From the NCBI GenBank assembly GCA_965223265.1, contig OZ244999.1, forward strand, positions 128,001 to 192,000: a stretch of DNA of 64,000 bases, written 5' to 3'. Origin of the DNA: Planctomycetota bacterium. Its GTDB lineage: Bacteria > Planctomycetota > UBA8108 > SXIK01. Below the pieces are notes generated by a model. That model saw nothing but the letters and a program-made list of their open reading frames with translations, searched no databases and had not been told where the DNA came from. The translations under genes and the position numbers were made by a program. Below, one piece after another: positions 9,383-22,572 of the stretch (position 1 is its first letter; every line of letters starts with the position of its first letter).

Positions 9383-12300
9383 CTAACGGATGTGAATGAA
9401 TTCTTTGAGATTGTAGAACGAATGGGCGATCTCTTTCCACACCGCGATGCTCGACATCACGTCCTCAGCGGCGACTTTGTGTCCGGCAGCGAGGTCTTGG
9501 ACCATGGCTGACCAGCGCTTGAGCTCGGCGGTCGAAGCCGGCCGACCCACTGCACGGAGAAACATCTCTTGCAGTCGCACGGCAACCTCGCGCTTGCCAT
9601 CGGCGACTACCCGCTCGGCCCACGTCCTGGCTTGATCGGTCACGAAGTGGCTGTTCAGGAGAGCTAGGGACTGCGCCACGGTGCTCGTGACGTCGCGGCG
9701 GCCGGTGGGGATTTTTGGGTCCGGTTGGTTGAAGGCGGCAAGGAATTTCGCCGGCTCCATGATCGTCACCTTGGTGTAGAGAGAGCGGCGGCCGCGGCCG
9801 TCGAGTGGGCCGGCGAAGAGGCGTTTAGTCGGATCTTCCTTTTCGCGAAATGGCTGCAAAGGCGATCCATGCAGACGTCGGTCGAGCCGACCGGATGTCG
9901 CAAGCATAGCATCCCGAATTGATTCAGCCTCAAGGCGCCGCAGCGGGTAATGGGAGACGAGGCGGTTGTAAGGGTCGGCAGCGAGAGCCTTCTGCGTCGC
10001 TTGGCCGCTCTGTCGCCACGTCCTCGACGTGACAATGGTGCGGACGAGTCCCTTGAGCGACCAGCCCTCGTCGACGAACCTCGCCGCCAGATGATCGAGA
10101 AGCTCTGGATGGGATGGCGCGTCACCAAGTCGACCGAAGTTATTCGGCGTCGAGACGATCCCTGTGCCGAAGAGCCAATGCCAAACCCGGTTGACGAACA
10201 CGCGTGCCGTGAGAGGATTGTCGGGACTGACAAGTGCTTCCGCGAGTTCGCGCCGGCCGCTGCTGCGCGTATTTGTTGCCAGCGTCGATGCCGAGAGCAC
10301 ACGGAGGTATCCGCGCGGTACGGCTTCGCCGAGCTGGTCGTAATCGCCGCGGATGTTGAGGCGATAGTCGTATCCCGGGTCGTGCTCGAGCATGCCGTTG
10401 ACGGTCGCCGGCGTGGAGAGTGCTTGTTCAGCGGTGCGATAACTCTCGACGAGTTGCTTGATCTTGTCGGCTTCTCTTGTTTTCTCTTTTGCCTGTTCGC
10501 CAGCGTCATTGCTTCCAACAACGATCCGATTCGTGAGGAGGTCGCTGCGCAGTAACCAGTTGATCAATCGAACGTCGTCAGGTGACGCCTCGCCTGCGCG
10601 CCAGCTTTTCAGTGCCGCGACGAGCCAGTCGGCGTACCGCTCAGCGGCTTGTTCCAGAGTCGTAGGGGCCGCTGCGGCGAACAGCGATTTGAATCGTGCC
10701 AGCTCATCCTGAGGTTGAGCATCGACGTCGTGGACGACGACGCGCGTGAGGCCGAACCAGCTCCGCGGATCGGCGGCCTGGTCTTCAGAGCACTTATCTC
10801 CGAGGCCGACGCGAGGCGGGAAGTTTGGATTGCTCGCCTTCGTAGCGAATTCTATGTAGACGTGTCGTTCCTGCTCGTCCGGTCGCGTGGCGAGCGAGAT
10901 CCACGTCGGTTCGTCCGCCTTCAGATACTTCTGCTTCTCTGTCAGAAACGCGTTGTCTATGACGGTGCGATGCGCCGCGAAGTCGCCGCCGGCAGTTTCA
11001 AAGCTGATGCGCGCCCTGTCGTACATGTCTAAGCGCGGCGTCCGCACGGCACCATTCATCCGGGGCGAGAGTGCATCGGTGGAGAAACCTCCGGGGAGCA
11101 GACGGCTGATAACCTCGCCGCCGTTGGTGGCGACAACAAAATCGCCGCATGCGACCCTGTCGCGCACGCCGACGCCGTCGACGGACCAACTATCAGGGAT
11201 GCCATGGCGGAAGTCGGCGATGAGCTCGAAGTTCTCGGCGTTGGCGCTGACTCGCTTGTGGGAGGCGTCCTCGTAGCGCTGCGCGATGTGGCGCCAGGCT
11301 GTCGCGATGTCAGCTCCCTCAGCCGCGGCCTTCGTCAGCTCGAACCAGGTGTGCAGGGGATGCTCAAGCTTTGCCAATGCGTCGCGGTCCAACGAATCGG
11401 ATAGACGTGCCCAAGCCTTGCCCCGCTCGTCTCTGTCATCTGTTGCGTTGTCGGTGCTGGACGGCGGCGGCGCTCCGACGCGCACCAAGTGTTTCGCGAA
11501 CTTCGTAGCGTCGGCGAGCCAAAGCTCGGCGATCAGTGGCTGGATCCTAGCCTTCAGGTCCTGAAGCTCGCGCAGCTGCGTCGCGTGCTGGCCGGGTAAG
11601 TCGAGAGTGCTCGTGATCCAACGCGAACTCATGAAGACGCCCGCGAGTGCGTAGTATTCGTTTTGTGAGATCGGGTCTAGCTTGTGGTCGTGACAACGCG
11701 AGCAAGAGACGGTGAGTGCTTGGAAGGCCTTCGAAAAGGCATCGATCTTGTTGTCGATCATCTCCTGGTGGACGCCGTTGAACTCGGAGCTGTCGCCGTG
11801 TCGGTTTTCGCCGAGCTGAAAGAACATCGGGCCGATGAGCGACTCGTTGAATTCGCTGCCCAGCGTCCGTGGATTCTCGAGAAGGTCGCCGGCGATCTGT
11901 TCACGGAAGAGCTCGTCAATCGGCACGTCCGCGTTAAAGGCACGCACGAGATAGTCGCGGTAGCGCCACGCGCCTTTGGCAGCAATGTCCCACTCGTAGC
12001 CGTAGGTGTCTGTATAGCGGACGACATCCATCCAGTGGCGTGCCCAACGTTCGCCGAAGTGTGGAGACGCCAGGAGTTCGTCGACCAGCCGGCTCCATCC
12101 GCGGGGCGACGGGTCCGAGAGAAACTCGTCGACGTGATCCGGACTGGGCGGTAGACCCGTGAGGGCGAACGCGAGTCGGCGTGCGAGCGTTCTGGGATCG
12201 GCTTGTTGTGCCGGTGAGAGTTCGTGGGCTTCGAGGCGTGCCAGAATGTAACGGTCGATACTACCCGCCGGCCATGTCGTGTCTTTCACGGCCGGCGTGT

Positions 12301-12685
12301 CCGGCGCGCGCACCGGCACAAAACTCCACCAGTCGCGCCGTTCATCGAACAGCGCTTGCCAATGCTGTGCCGCCAGGAGCTTGGGATCGGGCGGGTGGTC
12401 GCGCGGATCGGGTGCGCCCAGTTCGACCCAGCGCACGAAGTCACGGATGATGCGATCGGGTAGCTTTTTTTTCGGCGGCATCTCGAGGCCGCTGTGCTTG
12501 ATCGCATCGACGAGCAGGCTCCTAGAAGCGTCGCCCGGAACGACCGCCGGCCCGGAGTCTCCGCCGTGGCGGACGCCATCGCGACTGTCGAGTCGTAACC
12601 CACCCTTGGGCGTGGCGGCCGCGGAGGAGTGGCACTCGTAGCACTCAGCGATCAGAACTGGGCGGATCTTCTTCTCGAAGAAGTC
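9383..12685 (-). pseudogene. 3' part (~1100 codons) of the PSCyt1/DUF1549/DUF1553 gene interrupted by the integrated island
   Basis: DFFEKKIRPVLIAECYECH, HFGERWARHWMDVVRY, CSRCHDHK, NPLTARVFVNRVW, PSHPELLD. The native signal-peptide 5' end is at 57770-57657. Confidence 0.9.
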
Positions 12686-12686
12686 C
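12671..12686. repeat. att core copy 1 (left junction) CTTCTCGAAGAAGTCC
   Basis: Identical to 30029-30044 and 57657-57672; encodes DFFEK on the minus strand. Confidence 0.93.
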
Positions 12687-12819
12687 TCCGGATTTTCTAA
12701 GTGACGATCTCTGGGATTCTTCAATAAGTATTCCAGCGGAGACGCCACAGAGATCTCCCAAACACAAACACACAATAGACACGCAATCGATGCGTGTTTA
12801 TGAAACTTCGGAGGAGAAG

Positions 12820-13556
12820 ATGATGAGAAAAACAAACTGACTCCTGAGTTGCGCCATTCGGCGTATCTTGCCTTCCAGAACATTAGACAGCGGTGCACGA
12901 ATCGCAACAACAAGGATTTTGACGACTACGGCGGCCGAGGGATCGAATGCGCGCTCTCGCAGGAGGAATTCGCCGATCTCTACTTCCGGACGGATTGCTG
13001 CGAGCTCTGCGGAACTCTGCTGAACGACGAGAACCGAAAGAAAGCGGACGGACGAACGATCGACCGGATCGACCACGACGGTGACTACTCGAGCGAGAAC
13101 GTTCGCGTCATCTGTCGCTCGTGCGGCAGGCGGAACGGGAAGATCCCGGCACGTCGGACGGCGAACGGGAAGCGCAAGGTCAACGGCAAGGCCAACGGCA
13201 ACGGCTGTCTCCCGACTCCGTTCCAGAAGAACGACGGGAAGTGGTACTGCCACTACCAAGGGACGCAGCACTACCTCGGAGAGAACCCCGACGAGAAGAT
13301 CCGGAAGCTCGTTGCCGGTGAGACGATCACGAACGGGGACCGGACGCTCTTGTCGACCGTCGTCGAGATGTACCTCGCCCACGTAGAGCCGATCCAGTCT
13401 CCCGATTCGGTCGCCAACAAGCGGAGGACGTACAGGCGGCTCGTCGAGGACGTCGGGAACATCCCGATTCGGGATGTCACGATCGAGCGTCTCGAGAAGT
13501 ACCGCAACGGTCCGTCTCGTGCTCTTCGCTCGAGATGTTCTTGCAAGCGGCGGTAG
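12820..13556 (+). pseudogene. HNH endonuclease fused to a tyrosine-integrase N-terminal region, truncated before the catalytic domain
   Basis: QNIRQRCTNRNNKDFDDYGGRGI, CELC and TIDRIDHDGDYSSENVRVICRSC, then FQKNDGKWYCHYQGTQHYLGENPDEKIRKLVA...LEKYRN matching integrase 30184. Similarity ends at ~13508. RBS GGAGGAG plus ATG 12820 is one base out of frame at an A5 run. Confidence 0.85.
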
Positions 13557-13710
13557 AAATCAAGTGGCAAGCACAGGCACGGACGGCAGTTGAATCTCAT
13601 GCTCGCCGCGCGCACGATCAGCCTACCGCTCGGACTTGGGATGTGGTACTTTGCGTTCCCGGGACAAGCTGATCCACGGATCAGAAGATCCATGCTCGGA
13701 GGCGTACGCT

Positions 13711-14307
13711 ATGGTGAAGAGAAAAACGCCAGCGGCGAGTACGCGAAAGTCCACTGCTCTCGAAAGGCTCCAGCCCGCAGAGTCCGAAGAGGTTCTCGGA
13801 GCCTTTCTGAAAGCGCACCCAGAACTCCGGAAAGAAGCCGAGGAGATCGCGCGTTCGCTGATCTCGGACGTGTCGTTCGACGAGGTCGCCGAAAAGGTGG
13901 AGTGGGAGCTCGAGTCGCACGATCTCGACGAGCTGAACTCCAGGGCGGGAAAGACTCGCTGGGGTTACACCGACCCCACCGACGCGGCCCACGAGATCCT
14001 TCACGAGGCGATCGATCCGATCATCGAGGAGATGAAACGGCACCTCGAGCTGGGGCTCGAGCGAGAGGCGCTCGAGATGTGCAAGGGTCTCGTGCTGGGG
14101 CGATACGGGGTTCGCGACAAGAAGAACGATGGTTGCCTCGGTTGGGCAGGCGACTTCTGCTGGCAGACCGCAGAGGAAGTCCTGGAGAAGTGGTCGAAGG
14201 GGATTCGAGGGAAGGGGAGGAACGGAAGGAGCGCCAGACTGCGTTCGTTCCTCGACGAACTCGCTCCCGAGTGGATCTCGACGTTCGAACGTGTTCTGTC
14301 GAAGTGA
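13711..14307 (+). CDS. Hypothetical helical acidic protein
   Basis: GGAGG before ATG 13711; coding-like composition. Confidence 0.7.
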   Translation: MVKRKTPAASTRKSTALERLQPAESEEVLGAFLKAHPELRKEAEEIARSLISDVSFDEVAEKVEWELESHDLDELNSRAGKTRWGYTDPTDAAHEILHEAIDPIIEEMKRHLELGLEREALEMCKGLVLGRYGVRDKKNDGCLGWAGDFCWQTAEEVLEKWSKGIRGKGRNGRSARLRSFLDELAPEWISTFERVLSK

Positions 14308-14378
14308 CGTCATGATTCGGAAGAAACCAGACCCCATCGAGCGCTCGATGGAGATTGCCCTGCGACCAGGGCGGTTCA

Positions 14379-14939
14379 TCAGATACGCGGATCCTGCTCG
14401 ACCACCACAGGAAAGCCCGTTGTTTCGGCCAGGCTCAATACACGTGCCCGGATGGCTTCGTCCTTTTCGGGCTTGCCAGGCGGATCGAGGAGCGTGTACG
14501 GAATCGAGCGAATCCAGTCGTTGTGCAGGTCGAGCACGACTTCGGGTTTGGTCTCTACGATCGCGCCGAAGATCTTCGACGCGATTCGTTCCGCCAGGGT
14601 ACCCGTCGGGTTGCCAGGAAACGATCGATTGAGATCTTCCTTGCTGAATGTCACATGCCGCGCGGCCATCTCGAAGCCGATCGGATTCATGAGCGGAAAC
14701 GCGTGCAGCGTGCCTCTCAAGAGCGGGGACTTGCGAAGCTGCTTGAAGACTTCCTGTACGACCACGATCCCGCCGACTTCGTCGCCGTGGGAGCAGGCGG
14801 TGAGCCAAACCGTCGGACCACGACGCTGGCTCCTGGCCTCCATGTACGGGATCCGCCTTGGAGACAAGTCGGAGCCGCTCAAAATCTTGAGGAGCGAATA
14901 GCGAAATCGCGTTCGGTCCTGGTCAATGCTCCGTGGCAT
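14379..14939 (-). pseudogene. Succinylglutamate desuccinylase/aspartoacylase family protein, C-terminally truncated
   Basis: TACSHGDEVGG, DLNRSFPG, VLDLHND; only 186 aa, ending at a head-on junction with another gene fragment. Confidence 0.8.
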
Positions 14940-15368
14940 GTCCGAGCGCGAGACCGCCGATCACGTCGACGGCACGATGTCGCAGCCGGAGCCACACACC
15001 GGTCCGGGGCGTCGTCTCGGCCTGCTAAGACGTCCCGCCTCTTCGCTCACTCGGGAGTCGCGTCGCCCGTCTTTGGACGACGGAGAGGCGGGACGTAGAT
15101 TCCTTTCTACCCGGCCGCTTTGGCTTTCTCCTTCCGCTTCGGCCGGCGCGGGGTCTTCTTGGCCTTGGAATCTTCCGTCGCGCTCGCCTTTTTGGGGCCT
15201 TTCTTTCGCGGCATTGAACCGTCCTCCTCAAGTAACGCCTTCAAGACTCGCTCTGAGACCATCCCAGAGCTCGTCGAGGGAGCAAGCACAGCGTGTGCCA
15301 ATGCGGCGTGCGCGATCGCGATTCTGCGTCCCTGGGCTGCGCCCCCGAAAAGTTGACGCCCGTGATGC

Positions 15369-16805
15369 TCAGTACTTGAAGTGGTTCTTGTCCAGGTCGT
15401 GCTTCTTGAGCTTGTCGAACAAGTTTCGTGTCGTCATTCCGGCGCGCTTTGCCGCCTCACCGACACGGCCACCGCTGATCCGAAGCAACTCGGCGAAGTA
15501 CTCCTTCTCGAAGGCGTCGACGACCTCGCTCTTCGCCTCGGCGAACGGTCGGGTTGCCAGCTCTGCTGCCGGTCGAGGCCCGACGGGAGCCGCGTTCACT
15601 GTCTCGCCAGAACCGGCCGTTCGCTCAGAGCCGTTCAGCCAGACAGGCAGGTCGTTCGGTTTCACGGCACTCCCTCTGGAAAGAAGCATCGAACGTTCGA
15701 CGACGTTGACGAGCTCCCTGATGTTGCCTGGCCACGCGTACTGCTCCATGGCGTGGAGTGCCGCGTCGGAGAAGTGCTGCACCTTGGTCGCCATGCGTCC
15801 CTGAAAGTAGCGCGTGTACGTGGCGACGAGCCCACGGATGTCTTCCTTGCGCTCGCTAAGTGGCGGGACCTCCAGCGTGACGACTCCGAGTCGGTAGTAG
15901 AGATCCTCCCGGAACGTCTTCGCCGTCACGAGCTCCCGTAGCTCACGGTTCGTCGCCGACATGACTCTGACGTCAATTGCGATGGAGCGTTCTGCGCCGA
16001 CTGGCGTCACCTCTCGGTCCTGAAGCACGCGCAGGAGCCGAGACTGAAGGTGGAGCGGCATTTCGCCGATTTCGTCGAGGAATACCGTTCCGCGGTGTGC
16101 GAGCTCGAACCAGCCGCGGCGTGTCGTCGTGGCTCCCGTGAAGGAACCTCGCGCGTGGCCGAAGAGCTCGCTCTCGAGGAGGCTCTCCGGAAGCGCACCG
16201 CAGTTAACCGCCACGAAAGGTCCCTTTGCTCGCGAACTCGCCTGGTGAATCGCTCGAGCCAACCGTTCCTTGCCGACGCCAGTCTCGCCGGTGATGAGGA
16301 GTGTCGAGTCGCTATCGACCACACGCTCCACGACTGACATGAACGCCTGCATCGTGGCGCTCGTCGTCACGAAGTCGCTCAGTTTCGGAGTGTCGATCTC
16401 GCGCTCGAGGAGCAACTCATCGGAACGCTCCTGACGAACCCGGGCAAGAATCCCCTCGAGCGCTTGCGACAAGAGATCGTCGTCTAGGGAAAGGTCGAGA
16501 TGAGCGACGGCACCTGCGGCGACAATCCGCGCATCGTCGTCCGAGTCCTGCTGGGCGCTCAGGACCGCGAGTCGCGGCGCGCCCGGGACGTCGCTCAACA
16601 TAGCCACACTCTGAGGGGCCGGCTTGGGAACGAGCGCACGACTTACAAGGACTATGTCACCGGCATACTGGGCGAGCCGACCCCACAGCGGTTGCTTGCT
16701 CTTTCGAATCGTTTCGACAAACGTGTCGGGCTGCGGACGAAGAAGCCCTCGCAACCGCTTTGTTGTATCGCCGTCCTCGGCACAGATGAGCACTCGTAGA
16801 AGCAT
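15369..16805 (-). CDS. Sigma54-dependent (NtrC/Fis family) activator with atypical receiver domain
   Basis: [46 protein letters not shown]-terminal HTH. Confidence 0.93.
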   Translation of the reverse strand: MLLRVLICAEDGDTTKRLRGLLRPQPDTFVETIRKSKQPLWGRLAQYAGDIVLVSRALVPKPAPQSVAMLSDVPGAPRLAVLSAQQDSDDDARIVAAGAVAHLDLSLDDDLLSQALEGILARVRQERSDELLLEREIDTPKLSDFVTTSATMQAFMSVVERVVDSDSTLLITGETGVGKERLARAIHQASSRAKGPFVAVNCGALPESLLESELFGHARGSFTGATTTRRGWFELAHRGTVFLDEIGEMPLHLQSRLLRVLQDREVTPVGAERSIAIDVRVMSATNRELRELVTAKTFREDLYYRLGVVTLEVPPLSERKEDIRGLVATYTRYFQGRMATKVQHFSDAALHAMEQYAWPGNIRELVNVVERSMLLSRGSAVKPNDLPVWLNGSERTAGSGETVNAAPVGPRPAAELATRPFAEAKSEVVDAFEKEYFAELLRISGGRVGEAAKRAGMTTRNLFDKLKKHDLDKNHFKY

Positions 16806-16955
16806 TGCAAATCGTCACTCGCGGCCTGGCAGTCCGGAAGAATTATCTCCGAAAAATCAGAAGTCGCAAGGATGTGCTCTCATCTCGCGATCGCAGCCCC
16901 GCATAACCTATTTAAAAACAGTCAATTACGGCTTTCCCCGTGACGCCGCTCGCTT

Positions 16956-16971
16956 TGGCGTACGAAGTGCT
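16956..16971 (+). promoter_or_regulatory. Putative sigma54 -24/-12 promoter of glutamine synthetase III
   Basis: TGGCGTACGAAGTGCT = GG-N10-GC; AT-rich tract upstream; divergent activator gene adjacent. Confidence 0.6.
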
Positions 16972-17006
16972 TGGGGCTCCTCCAAGTGCTGAGGAGTCTT
17001 ACGCCC

Positions 17007-19199
<2,193 letters not shown>

Positions 19200-19342
19200 G
19201 CGGCGAGGCGGTCCGCCGAAGCGGTCACGGCCTCGCTAAAAAGCGGAAGTTTACCTTCTTATAAAGCGGAGCTGCTGGGCGCCACCCCGACCAGCAAGCC
19301 ACAAGGTGTTTTATGTGAGCCAGTTACGAATCCGGATTGGTG

Positions 19343-19358
19343 TGGCGCCACGTTTGCT
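19343..19358 (+). promoter_or_regulatory. Putative sigma54 promoter of the CBS-hsp20-groESL operon
   Basis: TGGCGCCACGTTTGCT, a close match to TGGCAC-N5-TTGCW. Confidence 0.7.
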
Positions 19359-19422
19359 AAACGTTCGCACGTCGACCTTCTGTCGAGTGACGGACAGTGC
19401 CGGAAAACTATGGTACTCAGCC

Positions 19423-19536
19423 ATGACAAAGACACCCGAGCAACCCAAGCCGGAGCCTGTACCGCCGCCGACCCAGGAGGACGGTGACGAGAAGCCGAGA
19501 CCCAGGCCCGGACCACGGCCTCGTCCCGCCGGTTGA
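19423..19536 (+). CDS. Possible 37-aa Pro-rich small protein
   Basis: ATG about 65 bp after the sigma54 motif; MTKTPEQPKPEPVPPPTQEDGDEKPRPRPGPRPRPAG; no clear RBS. Confidence 0.35.
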   Translation: MTKTPEQPKPEPVPPPTQEDGDEKPRPRPGPRPRPAG

Positions 19537-19599
19537 TCGAAGAACTGAAACCTCGTCCATAGATGAGGCGATTGTAGGCAGGTCACAAGGAGGTAGCCG

Positions 19600-20076
19600 A
19601 TGAAAGTCGAGAGCGTAATGACGAAGGACCCACGCACGTGCTGTCGGACGGACACCCTGAACGTGGCAGCAAAGATCTTCTGGGAGCAAGATTGTGGGTG
19701 CGTGCCCGTGGTCGACCCAGAAGGCAGGGCGATCGGTGTGCTCACCGATCGTGACGTTTGCATCGCGGCCTACACTCAGGGCCGTCCACTGAGTGAGATC
19801 TCTGTGGAAACCGCCATGAGCCGCGAGCTCTTCGCGTGTGCCCCTGGCGACACGCTCGAGCAGGTCCAGGAGACTCTTCGAGATCGGCGAATTCGTCGGC
19901 TCCCTGTTGTCGACGACGATGGCCGGTTGGTCGGGATCGTGTCTCTCAACGACATCGCACGAGAAGCCAGCCGCCAGCGAGAAGGCCGCAAGAGGGATGT
20001 CAGCGAGCGGGAACTCGGAAGAACGCTGGCCGCTCTCTGTGAGAGTACGGGCCGCGAGCTCACGGCAGTCGCCTGA
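19600..20076 (+). CDS. CBS-pair protein
   Basis: MKVESVMT, GCVPVVD, GVLTDRD, IRRLPVVD, GIVSLND; AAGGAGG RBS. Confidence 0.92.
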   Translation: MKVESVMTKDPRTCCRTDTLNVAAKIFWEQDCGCVPVVDPEGRAIGVLTDRDVCIAAYTQGRPLSEISVETAMSRELFACAPGDTLEQVQETLRDRRIRRLPVVDDDGRLVGIVSLNDIAREASRQREGRKRDVSERELGRTLAALCESTGRELTAVA

Positions 20077-20099
20077 GCATTTCGAAAGGAGTGTTACAG

Positions 20100-20537
20100 A
20101 TGGAACTTACCCGTTGGTCACCGTTTGGTCTAGCGTCGCTTCGACGCGAGATGGACGATCTCTTCGATGCTTTCTTGGGAAGGGCGCCGAACGCCCTTTC
20201 GAACGGAGGATGGACGCCTTGGTTGGACATGGCGGAGACTCCCGAAGAACTGGTGGTGAAGGCCGAGCTCCCGGGTATCAACGAGAAGGACATCTCGGTC
20301 ACCGTCTCTGGAGGTCAGCTCGTCATCAAGGGCGAAAGAAAGGCGGAAGAAGAAACAAAGGATAAACACATCCATCGCCTCGAGCGACGATTCGGTTCGT
20401 TCGAACGGGCAGTTCTTCTGCCCGTCGCGGTGGACGAAGACAAGACCGTCGCCGAGTACAAGAACGGCGTGCTCGAGGTTCGGCTTCCAAAAACGGTGAA
20501 GGAGCGCCCGAAGCAGGTCACGGTGAAGATCAAATAG
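20100..20537 (+). CDS. Hsp20/alpha-crystallin small heat-shock protein
   Basis: AELPGI, ERRFGSFER, AEYKNGVLEV. Confidence 0.94.
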   Translation: MELTRWSPFGLASLRREMDDLFDAFLGRAPNALSNGGWTPWLDMAETPEELVVKAELPGINEKDISVTVSGGQLVIKGERKAEEETKDKHIHRLERRFGSFERAVLLPVAVDEDKTVAEYKNGVLEVRLPKTVKERPKQVTVKIK

Positions 20538-20579
20538 CGTCGGGATCTCTGTGCCCGGTGCCTGGAGGTGATTTAACAA

Positions 20580-20879
20580 ATGGCCAAACACAAGATCCAG
20601 CCGCTTTACGATCGGCTTGTCGTCAGGCGCGTCGAAGCCGAGGAGAAGACCAAGGGGGGCATCGTCCTCCCCGACAAGGCGAAGGAGAAACCGAAAGAAG
20701 GTCAGGTCATCGCGATCGGGTCGGGAAGACTTCTTGACGACGGCAGGCGAGCGGAGATGCAAGTAAAGGTCAAGGACCGCGTTCTCTTCTCGAGCTACGC
20801 AGGCACTGAGATCAAGTTGGACGGCGAAGACTTCCTCATTCTCAAGGAGGACGATGTGCTCGCCGTTGTGGAGTCGTGA
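20580..20879 (+). CDS. groES: Co-chaperonin GroES
   Basis: [27 protein letters not shown]. Confidence 0.97.
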   Translation: MAKHKIQPLYDRLVVRRVEAEEKTKGGIVLPDKAKEKPKEGQVIAIGSGRLLDDGRRAEMQVKVKDRVLFSSYAGTEIKLDGEDFLILKEDDVLAVVES

Positions 20880-20925
20880 CATCAGAAGAAGTGAGCGCTC
20901 CATACCGTAGGAGCGAACCATAGCC

Positions 20926-22536
20926 ATGAGCGCAAAGAAGATCGTATACGACAACGACGCCCGCGAGGCTGTCCGTGCGGGAGTCAAGAAGCTCGCCCAT
21001 GCAGTGAGGGTCACGCTGGGACCACGTGGTAGGAACGTCGTACTCAACAAGAGCTTCGGGCCCCCGAAAGTCACGAAGGACGGTGTGACCGTCGCCAAGG
21101 AGATCGACCTGCCGGATCCCCACGAGAACATGGGTGCGCAAATGGTCAAGGAGGTCGCCAAGAAGACCGGCGACGCCGCAGGCGACGGGACGACGACCGC
21201 GACGATTCTCGCCGAGGCGATCTACGAGCAAGGCCTTCGAAACGTGGCCGCGGGCGCCAGTGCCATCTCGCTTCAACGAGGTATCGACAAAGCGGCCAAG
21301 GCAGTCGTCGAGCAACTCAAGAAGCGCTCAAAGAAGATCTCTACTCACGCTGAAATCGCGCAGGTCGCCACGGTTGCATGCAACCACGACACGGAAATCG
21401 GCGAGATCATTGCCGAGGCGATCGAGAAAGTCGGGAAGGATGGCGTCGTCACGATCGAGGAAGGAAAGAGCCTCGAGACCAACGTGGAATGGGTCGAAGG
21501 CATGCAGTTCGACAAGGGCTACCTCTCACCCTATTTCATCAATGCACAAGAGAAGATGACATGTGAGCTCGAGGAACCCTACATCTTGATCCACGAGAAG
21601 AAGGTGGCGTCGGTCAAAGACATGTTGCCCCTTCTCGAGAAGATTGCCCAGAGCGGCAAGCCCGTGTTGGTGATCGCGGAAGATGTCGAGGGAGAGGCGC
21701 TCGCGACTCTCGTCGTCAATCGACTCCGCGGTTCGTTCCAGAGCTGTGCGGTCAAGGCGCCTGGCTTTGGAGACCGCCGCAAGGCCATGCTCCAAGACAT
21801 CGCGATCTTGACGGGCGGACGGGCGATCTCGGAGGATCTCGGGATCGAGCTGAAAAGCCTCGAGCTCAAGGACCTCGGACGAGCCAAGAAGGTACTGGTG
21901 GAGAAGGACTCCTGCACCATCGTCGAGGGCCAGGGCGCTAAGTCGGAGATCAAGGCACGGATCGATCAGATCCGGACGGAGATCGGGAAGTCCACCTCCG
22001 ACTACGACAAAGAGAAGCTCCAAGAGCGACTTGGAAAACTCACGGGAGGGGTCGCGAAGATCAACGTCGGCGCGGCGACTGAAATCGAGATGAAGGAGAA
22101 GAAAGACCGCGTGGACGACGCTCTCCACGCCACCCGAGCAGCCCTCGAGGAGGGAATCGTCCCCGGCGGCGGGACAGCCTACCTGAGGTGCCTCGACGTG
22201 ATCGCGAAGCTGGAGGCGACCGGCGACGAAGCCGTGGGCGCTCAGATCGTTCTCCGCGCGCTTGAGGCTCCAGTACGCCAGATCGCCGTGAATGCTGGAA
22301 TGGACGGTGCTGTCGTCTGCGAGAAAGTCAAAAACTCGACTGGGAACGTGGGCTTTGACGCGGCCACGGGCGAGTACACCGATCTCGTCGACAGGGGAAT
22401 CGTCGACCCGACGAAAGTCTGCCGCATCGCACTCGAGAACGCGGCAAGCGTCGCTGGGCTGCTTCTCACCACGGAAGCGGTGATCTGCGAGAAACAGGAC
22501 GAAAGGAAGTCGGCCAAACACTCACACGACTATTGA
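20926..22536 (+). CDS. groEL: Chaperonin GroEL paralog without GGM tail
   Basis: [40 protein letters not shown]; ends KHSHDY. Confidence 0.97.
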   Translation: MSAKKIVYDNDAREAVRAGVKKLAHAVRVTLGPRGRNVVLNKSFGPPKVTKDGVTVAKEIDLPDPHENMGAQMVKEVAKKTGDAAGDGTTTATILAEAIYEQGLRNVAAGASAISLQRGIDKAAKAVVEQLKKRSKKISTHAEIAQVATVACNHDTEIGEIIAEAIEKVGKDGVVTIEEGKSLETNVEWVEGMQFDKGYLSPYFINAQEKMTCELEEPYILIHEKKVASVKDMLPLLEKIAQSGKPVLVIAEDVEGEALATLVVNRLRGSFQSCAVKAPGFGDRRKAMLQDIAILTGGRAISEDLGIELKSLELKDLGRAKKVLVEKDSCTIVEGQGAKSEIKARIDQIRTEIGKSTSDYDKEKLQERLGKLTGGVAKINVGAATEIEMKEKKDRVDDALHATRAALEEGIVPGGGTAYLRCLDVIAKLEATGDEAVGAQIVLRALEAPVRQIAVNAGMDGAVVCEKVKNSTGNVGFDAATGEYTDLVDRGIVDPTKVCRIALENAASVAGLLLTTEAVICEKQDERKSAKHSHDY

Positions 22537-22572
22537 ACGGGCTCCCCCAGGAGCAATGGAAGGAAATAACCG

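Noticed and set aside
9383-12913. 1176-aa ORF as an intact native gene
   Set aside because: Its first 76 codons are element DNA overlapping the HNH-integrase gene on the other strand; the native 5' end is at 57770.
15025-15301. Lys-rich short ORFs (MPRKKGPKK...)
   Set aside because: Short, in conflicting frames and with no recognisable family; may be a decayed gene but cannot be supported.
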